Shown: piece after piece, positions 9,638 to 18,023 of the stretch
How positions within the stretch are numbered: position 1 is the first letter of the stretch
Layout: every line of letters begins with the position of its first letter
Assembly: GCA_043766615.1 (NCBI GenBank)
Contig: JAYUHW010000039.1
Coordinates: forward strand, 12,449 to 76,448
Direction of reading: 5' to 3'
Origin: Fibrobacteria bacterium
GTDB lineage: Bacteria > Fibrobacterota > Fibrobacteria > UBA11236
DNA length: 64,000 bases
Notes under the pieces: generated by a model
Told to the model about the DNA's origin: nothing
Databases searched by the model: none
The model's input: only the letters and a program-made list of their open reading frames with translations
Translations under genes and position numbers: made by a program

Positions 9638-11473
9638 CTAAGTTGTTTTGAAAACAAAAGGTGGGCAAGCAAGCTCAATGTTCCCGGTCTCCACGTCTAG
9701 ACGGCAGGCACTCCTTCGGGCTTTTCCACTGGTGGTTTTAGGAAGCCCAAAAGGCCGAAGACAATACCAGGCTGCAAGTTGAATATCGTGTTTTTCTGAA
9801 ACTATTCCCCGGACCTTTGTCGCTAGAGCTAACCAAGTTTCGTCCGTTAGTGGCATGCGAATTTGCTCACGTTCAATTTCCGATACCAAGGCTAAGTTTT
9901 CCTGTCCATTCACGAGTATGGAAATTGCGGCAGATCCATTTTTACGAATCATGGGGTGCGATTGCTCCACGCTGCGTTCAATATCCTGAGGATAGTGATT
10001 CCGACCACGAATGATGATGAGATCCTTCATGCGGCCCGTGATGAATACTTCCTTTTTGGTTAGGAACCCAAGGTCTCCAGTGCGAAGAAAAGGACCTTCA
10101 CCGTTTGAAGTCCGGGCCTGAAATTGGGCTTCAGTTTCCATCGGCTTTCCCCAATAACCTTGGGCGATATGCGGCCCTTTGATCCAGATTTCCCCTAGCT
10201 TGTTTTCACCTTGATCCGTTTGTGTGTCGGGATCAACGATCAGAATATCTGATCCATTTGGCGCAAAGCCATTGCTGACGAAAACGGTTGCGTCCGGGTC
10301 TGATGGCATAGATGTTTCAATACGATTTTCACGAAGGGCTTTGGAAGAAATGCTTAGACGAGGTGAACTATTTTGGGCGTCACCGCCGGACGTGATCAAG
10401 GTCGTTTCCGCCAGGCCATAGCAAGGATAGAACGCGCTTTGATTGAAACCATAAGGGGAAAAGGTTTTGGAAAAAGCGTCCATGGTAAGTGCGCGGATGG
10501 GTTCAGCTCCAGTGAAGGCCAGCTTCCAGGAGGATAGATCAAGTCCTTCAGAAATTCCTTTAGCCGCTGCTTCGACGCAGAGGTCATAACCGAAGTTAGG
10601 ACCACCGCTCGTCGTGATTTTGTGTTTTGAAATGGACTGTAACCATTTTAGCGGCCTTTGTAGGAAAACCAAGGACGGCATAAGGAAGCATGGCGCACCA
10701 AGATAGAGCGGTTGCAGAAGGTTGCCGATGAGACCCATATCATGGTAAAGGGGTAACCAGCCTAGAACGCGTGTTGATTCATCATGCTTGAAATACTGTT
10801 GTATCATCCATTGGTTCTGAAGGATATTACCGTGACTGACGGCCACTCCCTTTGGCTCCGAAGTAGAACCGGAAGTGTATTGCAGAAAGGCTATGGTACT
10901 GGGTCCGATCGCGGGCCGAAGCCAACTTTCGGCCATGGAGGCATAATTGGAGGGCAAGTCCATGTCAGATCGCGACCAGGCCATCTTTTCAAGGATGGGA
11001 TGGGTAGGCAATTGTCTTTGGATTAAATGCCAAAGGGAATCGCAGGTGAGCGCCCCGGAGATTTGCGCATCCACGGCCAATCCCCGTAAATGGTCTGGTG
11101 CACGATTGGGTCGCGGAGGATAAGCAGGTACTGCGATCAGACCCGCATAAAGGCATCCAAAGAATCCGCAGACAAATTCCAGACCGGGAGGATAAAGCAG
11201 CAGGACTCGATCACCAGCCTCCAATCCCATGCGGGTCAGCATATAAACGGCCAAGGCTCGGGCACGAAGATCCAAGCCGAAATAGGAGATGGTTCCATCC
11301 AAATTTCCAGAAGGCGCCACTTCGAGTCCATCGGCCAGCCAACTATAGGCTGAACCTCTGGGATTCAAGCGGGCTCGCAGCTGTAGCAGATCCACCAAAG
11401 TCGAGGGTAACTCGGTGCGGGTGAAAGGATATTCAGACCACAAAATCAAGTTCTCCATCAGCATAGCTGACAT
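9638..11473 (-). CDS. fatty-acyl-AMP ligase (FAAL-type adenylating enzyme)
   Basis: AMP-binding motif YTSGSTSEPKGV. FAAL-like N-terminus TLVDLLQLRARLNPRGSAYSWL. Start moved to internal ATG (about 11473) to avoid about 135 nt overlap with upstream gene. ORF track gives 9638..11569. Confidence 0.85.
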   Translation of the reverse strand: MSAMLMENLILWSEYPFTRTELPSTLVDLLQLRARLNPRGSAYSWLADGLEVAPSGNLDGTISYFGLDLRARALAVYMLTRMGLEAGDRVLLLYPPGLEFVCGFFGCLYAGLIAVPAYPPRPNRAPDHLRGLAVDAQISGALTCDSLWHLIQRQLPTHPILEKMAWSRSDMDLPSNYASMAESWLRPAIGPSTIAFLQYTSGSTSEPKGVAVSHGNILQNQWMIQQYFKHDESTRVLGWLPLYHDMGLIGNLLQPLYLGAPCFLMPSLVFLQRPLKWLQSISKHKITTSGGPNFGYDLCVEAAAKGISEGLDLSSWKLAFTGAEPIRALTMDAFSKTFSPYGFNQSAFYPCYGLAETTLITSGGDAQNSSPRLSISSKALRENRIETSMPSDPDATVFVSNGFAPNGSDILIVDPDTQTDQGENKLGEIWIKGPHIAQGYWGKPMETEAQFQARTSNGEGPFLRTGDLGFLTKKEVFITGRMKDLIIIRGRNHYPQDIERSVEQSHPMIRKNGSAAISILVNGQENLALVSEIEREQIRMPLTDETWLALATKVRGIVSEKHDIQLAAWYCLRPFGLPKTTSGKARRSACRLDVETGNIELACPPFVFKTT

Positions 11474-12560
11474 GACGGAAACAGGCTTCCTGAGAAGCAG
11501 ATGGCGGGAGCCCGGGATGATTGGGGCTCGCCATAAAACGAAAAAATGCAGATTGGAGCCAATAGCCATGCCGCCTAAGATGCTTCCTCCAAGGTGACGG
11601 TTGACTGGAGGCTAGGCAATGGATGACCTGAGCTTTTTGCATTCGGAATGTGGCTTCAACGGCTTGGAGCAGGGCCGTGGTGGCATTCGGCTGGTCGGGC
11701 CGGGCTAAAAGATCCACCAGAAACCCCCGACGTAAGCCTCGCTTTTCCGCCAGGCGTGTCACCGCGTAGCCGACCAACGTCTCTCCATTGCGGGCTAACA
11801 AGATTTGGTAACTGAATCCCGGACATTTCAAAAAACGCCAGCGGAGAAATCGTCTATCTCGCTGAGTCATTAAACTCAGGCCGCGGCCAGGAACATTTGG
11901 AACAAGACCCTGGTGAACAACGCAGGCCCATAAATCATCGCATTCCTCCGGGAAGTCGGTTGCTTCCTTGATGGAAATGTCTTGATAGGTGGGTAATGAA
12001 AATCGCAGGGACAATTCCACCAGCATCCAGATGGGAGAAAAAACGGTTAGAATGGGATGCCAAACTTTGGGCCGCAGAGCTTGGATATCAAGGATCCTTG
12101 TATAAATTGCCGGCTGCCCCAAGTCCTTGCTCCCAAGATGCTTCCAAAGTGCAGCGGAAGATTTGTTTGGCATTCCGATCAATAGCTTTGGTAAATTGAC
12201 CATGGTCTTGGCGAGTGGAATGCCAATCCCGCGATGGGCCGGATGAACCAGGAAATTAAGGACGCAGAACATGGGAATTTCCTTCCCTTGCCATAGTCCC
12301 GGCGTGGGAAATGCTGAGAGGAATCCAATTACCTTACGATTGGATTCTGCGACTAGTAAAATAGGTGGTTCAGAAAAAGGATGATCTATGAGTAACCAAT
12401 TCCATCTTTCTTCAAAAGCCTGGCCCATGGATGGCCCAAAGGTTTCCGAAAACAAAGCAAGCACCGCGCCCTTGTCTGATGGACGAAATTCTCTGACCAA
12501 ACCGGAGGCTCGGGCATCGCCTGGCATGGGAGCCACCAAATCACCGAGGGTAGGATTCAC
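11433..12560 (-). CDS. GNAT-fold acyltransferase (FemAB/N-acyltransferase-like), function unknown
   Basis: 375 aa. GNAT-like core (VIGFLSAF…LVHPAHRGIGI). 4-nt ATGA overlap with upstream ACP gene. Confidence 0.6.
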   Translation of the reverse strand: MNPTLGDLVAPMPGDARASGLVREFRPSDKGAVLALFSETFGPSMGQAFEERWNWLLIDHPFSEPPILLVAESNRKVIGFLSAFPTPGLWQGKEIPMFCVLNFLVHPAHRGIGIPLAKTMVNLPKLLIGMPNKSSAALWKHLGSKDLGQPAIYTRILDIQALRPKVWHPILTVFSPIWMLVELSLRFSLPTYQDISIKEATDFPEECDDLWACVVHQGLVPNVPGRGLSLMTQRDRRFLRWRFLKCPGFSYQILLARNGETLVGYAVTRLAEKRGLRRGFLVDLLARPDQPNATTALLQAVEATFRMQKAQVIHCLASSQPSPWRKHLRRHGYWLQSAFFRFMASPNHPGLPPSASQEACFRHVSYADGELDFVV

Positions 12561-12919
12561 GTTGAGGCTGAAGTGGAAACAGAAACGGGTTTCTGATCTT
12601 GACTTGTGCCTACTGATAAACCCGCTTCAACAGCCAGTTGATCGGAAAGTTCCATGACGTTGGGAAATTCCCACATGATGGTTGGAGAAAGCTTTAGTTT
12701 CATCCAATCCTCCAAGTCGGCCGAAAATTGGACGGCCTGCATGCTGTCGAATCCAAGTTCGTTAAATGGACGGGCGGGATCCAAAGACTCAGGAGATATG
12801 GAAAGGGATTTTGCGAGGTGAGTCACAACAAAATTCCGAATATCCTCTACGTTAACAGGACCGGGTAGTCGCTTGGCTTTTGTGGTGAAAATGGCGCTGA
12901 TCTTGCCTGACAAATTCAT
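12557..12919 (-). CDS. acyl carrier protein (extended N-terminus)
   Basis: 120 aa. Phosphopantetheine attachment motif LGFDSMQAVQF. Confidence 0.8.
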   Translation of the reverse strand: MNLSGKISAIFTTKAKRLPGPVNVEDIRNFVVTHLAKSLSISPESLDPARPFNELGFDSMQAVQFSADLEDWMKLKLSPTIMWEFPNVMELSDQLAVEAGLSVGTSQDQKPVSVSTSAST

Positions 12920-12943
12920 GAGACTGCCTCTTGAGTTTAGCGG

Positions 12944-13927
12944 TTAAAGTTCAATGATACCGGCCGAGTGCTTGGCCTTGGCGATAGCGGACGGGGACGG
13001 TGTCTTTACATTCCAAACTAAGCCACAAATGCGTAAAATGCGGATCACGTCGGCGGCGAAATCGGGTTCCCACCAACGGACGCGATGGTTGGCGGAATTG
13101 GGAAAGGCATGATGATTATTCTGGAGACCTTCACCGAAAGCGACCACGGCAACAAAATAGTTATTGCAACTTCGATCACGTGTCGCAGCGGCAAAGGGAC
13201 GGGTTCCGAACATATGGCTGATTGACCCCACGAACCATAAGGCATGATCCACCAGGCATATACGCACGATGCCGCCCCAAAGCAATCCATATAGGGCGCC
13301 AATCCAATTTCCCGTTGCCATCCAAGCTATCAAGGTTGGAATGACTAAACCTAGGGACAGCCAAAGGAAGTATGTGCGGTGCATGAAAAACAAACGGCGA
13401 TCGCGAAGTAAGTCTGGTGCAAAGTGAGCCCAATTGGTGATTTCCTTTGACAGCATCCACCGGATATGTCCGTACCAAAAACCCTGCAACTCGCGCTTCC
13501 ACCCCTTTCCCTTGACCAGGTTCGGAGAATGGGGGTCCCCTGGGCCATCGCTATGGCGGTGGTGGCGGCGATGAACGGCCACCCACCAGAACAAAGGACC
13601 CTGACCGGCCATCGATCCCAATATGGCTAGGCCGATACGCATGGCCGAACTTGTTTTAAATGAGTTATGCGCAAAATGTCGGTGGAATCCCACATTGATC
13701 CCGAGCATGGTCAAGCAATAAAAGCTAATGAATAAAATAAATTCGAGATTCGAAATACCCCTGTAAAAGAGCGAAGCAATGGCGTAAACGGTAGCCAGGA
13801 ATGGGAGTGTGATCACGGTACCGGCGGTTAAAAGAATATTTCGGTGGGCCTTGGGGCTAGCAATGCTTACCGGCACTGGCCCCCGTTGGCTTACGGGGCC
13901 GGATTCTTGGATATCTACAATACTCAT
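12944..13927 (-). CDS. membrane fatty-acid desaturase (Delta9 acyl-CoA/acyl-lipid desaturase family)
   Basis: Three His boxes: HRHFAH, HRRHHRHSD, HNNHHAFP. Multiple TM segments. Confidence 0.85.
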   Translation of the reverse strand: MSIVDIQESGPVSQRGPVPVSIASPKAHRNILLTAGTVITLPFLATVYAIASLFYRGISNLEFILFISFYCLTMLGINVGFHRHFAHNSFKTSSAMRIGLAILGSMAGQGPLFWWVAVHRRHHRHSDGPGDPHSPNLVKGKGWKRELQGFWYGHIRWMLSKEITNWAHFAPDLLRDRRLFFMHRTYFLWLSLGLVIPTLIAWMATGNWIGALYGLLWGGIVRICLVDHALWFVGSISHMFGTRPFAAATRDRSCNNYFVAVVAFGEGLQNNHHAFPNSANHRVRWWEPDFAADVIRILRICGLVWNVKTPSPSAIAKAKHSAGIIEL

Positions 13928-13937
13928 AGCATAGCCT

Positions 13938-14963
13938 TCAAGTTACGTACTCGCGAACATCAGTAACTTTTGCAGCTTGGCGGCGGGCCTCAATGGCGGA
14001 AGCTGTGGGCTTTTTCAAATGATGGACTAAGCCTACAAATTGGAGACCTTTCACGATCATGCCGGAGCAATCAAGCTGCCACCATGCGAATTGGTTATCG
14101 GCGGTGGAGGGAAAGGCATGGTGATTATTATGCCAAGAACCTCCCAAAGAAGGCAGTGCAAGCCATGCGACATTTGCCGCAACACCCTTGGCAGCAAAAG
14201 GACGGCTTCCGAAAATATGGCAGGCACTGTTGACGGCCCAGACTGCATGATGAACAAGAAAAATTCGCGCCAATCCTCCCCAGATAAAACCTTCCCAAGC
14301 CCCGGCCAAAGCATTCCCTTTAAGACTATACTCCACTAGAGCTCCAATGGACGCCGGCAAAGCTAACCCCATGAAAACCCAAATACCGTAAGTTTGGTTG
14401 AGAGAGAATAACCGTCGATCCTTAAGCAAATCAAGGGCGAAGCGATTCCAATCCACTTGATCAGGCTGGATGAGCCATCCGCAATGTCCATGAAAAAATC
14501 CCCGCACTCTTCCAAGCATTCCCGGACCCATGCTTTGCGGCGAATGCGGGTCACCTTGTTCATCGCTAAAAGCATGATGCTGTCTATGCGTGGCCGCCCA
14601 GAAAAAGACTGGACCTTGAGCGGCCATGGATCCAAGGACGACAAACAGATCGCGTAAGGGCGTAGTATAAGCGCCATGTGAGATAAGTCGATGGAATCCA
14701 GCCTCAATTCCGAATAGGGTGGAAAAATAAAGAGTTCCAAGGAGCATGAATTTCCAGGGAACAAATCCTGTTAAAACAAGATCCGCTCCTGCCAAAAGGA
14801 AACCCAGGGTAGGAATCGTGATCACGGCAAGGGCAATCCGATATCGGATCCGGCTCGTATTCAGCCTATCTTGATCAGCCGCCCGTGGCTTAACGGGGCT
14901 AGTCAAGTGGGCAACAACTTGGGGTGGCGTCATGGTTGCCTTTTCAATAACCCTTGGCGTCAT
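13938..14963 (-). CDS. membrane fatty-acid desaturase (Delta9 acyl-CoA/acyl-lipid desaturase family), paralog of the neighbour
   Basis: His boxes HRLISH, HRQHHAFSD, HNNHHAFP. 10-nt spacing to downstream desaturase. Confidence 0.85.
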   Translation of the reverse strand: MTPRVIEKATMTPPQVVAHLTSPVKPRAADQDRLNTSRIRYRIALAVITIPTLGFLLAGADLVLTGFVPWKFMLLGTLYFSTLFGIEAGFHRLISHGAYTTPLRDLFVVLGSMAAQGPVFFWAATHRQHHAFSDEQGDPHSPQSMGPGMLGRVRGFFHGHCGWLIQPDQVDWNRFALDLLKDRRLFSLNQTYGIWVFMGLALPASIGALVEYSLKGNALAGAWEGFIWGGLARIFLVHHAVWAVNSACHIFGSRPFAAKGVAANVAWLALPSLGGSWHNNHHAFPSTADNQFAWWQLDCSGMIVKGLQFVGLVHHLKKPTASAIEARRQAAKVTDVREYVT

Positions 14964-15205
14964 AGGATCGAGGTCTCCGTCGATTTGACAATTAAAAATT
15001 GTCCGTAAATAGTCCCTGCTGGTCTTTGAGCGTGATTCGCCAAGGACAAAGAAGTCTTATATCTAACTCAAAATCTATTGTCGGATGTGTCTGAATTCAA
15101 ATAGAAATAGGATTGAAAATCATTTGAATACAAGGGAGGTTGAAATGAAAAGGAAATCTCTACTGTATTCAATCGAAATTAAAAGTCACCATATTTTTCT
15201 GTAAA
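14964..15205. promoter_or_regulatory. AT-rich divergent intergenic region (likely promoters for desaturase operon on minus strand and for the pseudogene on plus strand)
   Basis: 242 nt non-coding, AT-rich, between start of 13938..14963(-) and 15206(+). Confidence 0.35.
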
Positions 15206-16861
15206 ATGCTTATATCTGCAAGCGCCATTTTTGAACTAAGCCAATGGGAGTCCTTCATGAAAGTACCAAATCACTTAGTTCCAATACTTTCGGCGGCTGC
15301 AATGATTTCATGCTTTAACATTGGCGTTTTACATGCTCTACCCATAATAAATATTCCCGTTAAATTCCATACTGGCACCGTTCTCGCTGAGCCGATTGTG
15401 GTGAATACTCGGCTAAACAAGAATAGGATTTGGATTTTGAATGGGTTTACCATAGTCAAGGCGGGCGTTACTCTGACCATTGAGGCGGGCACCACCATCC
15501 AGGTCAGTACAACCAACCGTGCGACTTTGCTTGTCGATCGCGGAGCCTGGCTTATCGCTGCTGGCACAAAAGACCAGCCAATTACCTTTCGAAGTGAAAT
15601 TGGATCGGAATGCGGAACCTGGGGCGGAATAGTTCTCTTGGGCAGGGGAATCAGCAACCAAGGGGGTAACCTTCAGTACGAAGCTTTGGATTGGGCCAGA
15701 TTTGGTAACAATAATAATGACGATTCCTCCGGAGTGCTGACCTACTTGCGTCTTGATTGACTAGGATTTCCAATTGCCATTGACCGGGAATTAAATGGAA
15801 TAACTTTTTGCGCCGTGGGCCGTAGAACCGTGATTAACCATATCCAAGTTAATCGAGCAGACGACGAAGGTATGGAATTCTTTGGAGGCGCAGCTAATGC
15901 CGACCACCTTGTAGTGACCAATCAAACGGACGATGCCTTTGATATCGATCATGGTTATGGCGGCACAATTAATTATATGATTGGCATTCAAAGGACCGAA
16001 GCACCAAGACCAAGACAACCCGGCATCAGCTTGGCTTTTTAACCCGTCGGTGATTTCGGCATAGAATGCAGCAGCTCACAAGGCGGAAACAGACCCCTTT
16101 CAAACCTTCATTGGTCGTATATCACTTTGATCGACAATGGTAGGTATGATGGGGCGATTGATTTCAAGGAAGAATGCGCGGGAACCTATGAGAAAATGGT
16201 TGTCGTGGCAGGAGGAGATTCTTTAGACAGCGCATCTGGCTGGGGCTTCCGGATCCAGGGCGATCTCACTGCCGCCAATATTGCTGCGCCCACGCCCCTA
16301 TTGGAACTCAAAGATGTTTTCCTAACCGGCAAATGGAAGAAATTATATCAATTCTCAGGACTCACTGCTTGTTGTACCGAATTGGAAAACCAGATTGGAT
16401 TTCTCTCAAAAACTCTCAATGACAAGGTTAAAAATTATCCTTACGCAAGTGAAAACAGCTATGGCCTATATCAGGATTTATCACCTTCAAATCCTGATAC
16501 CATTACTATTCCCCCGGTCGATCCAAGCGTTCGCTATCTCAGTTTCCAGTCGGCGGGTGGTCGGGATTCACTGGGAGCGCCACGAATATACCGGCCTCTT
16601 GATTTCGATATGGCAATTTTCCAAAGTGCGCCGTTAAATGGACGACTCAATATCTCTGCCTGCCAGTCCTTTCTGGATGATGTGGAATACAGCTCGGTGC
16701 TTCAATCCAATATTTTGCCATGGGGAATTATTCTGTCCAATGGAGATCGGGTTTACCCTGTTCTTAGCCAGAGTGATTTCAAACTTGGTCCGGTGGGAGT
16801 CCAAAAAATACGTCTTAAATTAGTGCTCATGTTTCGTCGCGCACTGTATTACCATACTTAG
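15206..16861 (+). pseudogene. nonsense-disrupted, C-terminally truncated paralog of the N-terminal beta-helix domain of the giant protein at 56427..60056
   Basis: Three consecutive ORF-track pieces (15206..15760, 15815..16042, 16127..16861) are all in the same frame. They are joined by in-frame TGA (15758) and TAA (16040). Translation through the stops aligns with residues about 20-470 of 56427..60113 (YLRLD*LGFPIAID vs YVRLDGPGFPIAVD; LAF*PVGDF vs LPFEPVGDF). Nucleotide identity is about 90% in the spot checked. Confidence 0.75.
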
Positions 16862-17083
16862 GCCCAAAAATCCCACGCTCGCATGCCTTTCCTGATTTGT
16901 TCAGGTACAGCTACGTGCGACTTTTCTGGCCCCATATCTTGCCCTTCAAATACAGGTGTCATAACGCTCACCCTACCCACACTTCGTATTAAACTGTAAT
17001 GTCGGAACAAGCACTTAAATGATATTCCAATTCAAAAATTATTTTTTCCATTCGCGTCTCTAATACTATTGAGTGTGCTGAGT

Positions 17084-17839
17084 CTATTTAGGCTGCCGAT
17101 TCAATTGATCTACGGTATCCTTAATCGCGAGGTAGTGGAAATGCATTTCCTCGGAGGAAAGCGCGCGATCCCAGAGCTTGAGATCGTCCATGGCAGATCC
17201 AGGGGACATATACCCATTCAATCCACCATTACCATATCCATATCCGACGCGGAGTCTGAATACCAGATTGGGCAGGTAGGGCTTAGTTGGCACAGCCATC
17301 ATCTCTTCGCCGTCGATATACACCTTGTCAAATCCTGCATCGTTGAGGACTCCGGCGACAATGTGCACTGTGCCGCTTGCCAAGGCCACCGGCGAAATGC
17401 ATTCGTTCCAAATCGGGGAAATATCCTGGTTTCCGGTGGCGAATTCCAAGTTGCGATTCTCATTGAAGAAAAGCGAATAACCCCGGGCCAGGGACAGTCC
17501 CATATCGTGCCCGTAAACGTTATATTGGGCGATGAATGCACTCGCTTGGGGAACCGATACAACCGCTTCAATGGTGAGACTAGGGAAATTGAAAGCGCCT
17601 TTGGAACTGATCACTTCAGCTTCAAAGCCAGTGTCGGCGAAGCGAATGGCTTTGCCGGATACCCCCGTGATGGAAACTAACGCCTCGGGCTTTTGCAGTA
17701 TTACCAACTTATGATTGCCCGAACCTGAATCATCTGCAAAAACCCCCGCGTTGCCTGAGTCGAATGACCAATGCCCTACTGGGCCTTGTGCCCCTGCAAT
17801 TGCCCAAATCGCCAATACCAGTATGATTGAAATCCGCAT
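17084..17839 (-). CDS. secreted LamG-like (concanavalin A-like lectin/glucanase fold) protein
   Basis: Start placed at MRISIILVLAIWAIAGAQG signal peptide. Jelly-roll LamG-like sequence (…LKLWDRALSSEEM). Confidence 0.6.
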   Translation of the reverse strand: MRISIILVLAIWAIAGAQGPVGHWSFDSGNAGVFADDSGSGNHKLVILQKPEALVSITGVSGKAIRFADTGFEAEVISSKGAFNFPSLTIEAVVSVPQASAFIAQYNVYGHDMGLSLARGYSLFFNENRNLEFATGNQDISPIWNECISPVALASGTVHIVAGVLNDAGFDKVYIDGEEMMAVPTKPYLPNLVFRLRVGYGYGNGGLNGYMSPGSAMDDLKLWDRALSSEEMHFHYLAIKDTVDQLNRQPK

Positions 17840-18023
17840 GTTTGTCTCCAAATAAAAGTGAGTGTGATTAATAAATCTATTTCTATGCAGGGACAGTAAC
17901 GGTGACAAACTTGTTACCGCAAAGTTGCAATTCTAAGCAATGTGATATTAACGAAAAAGGGCTTCGATTGACCTATTCGCCGATTTAAAAAATGAAGTCC
18001 GCTCTTACCTGAGCGTCCGTGCC

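Noticed and set aside
15758-16042. In-frame TGA aligning with Gly and TAA aligning with Glu: could this be stop-codon reassignment (e.g. UGA=Gly code 25)?
   Set aside because: TGA and TAA both terminate long, well-supported ORFs elsewhere in the window, and the second in-frame stop is TAA, which has no Gly/Glu reassignment. Two point nonsense mutations in a duplicated copy are the simpler explanation.
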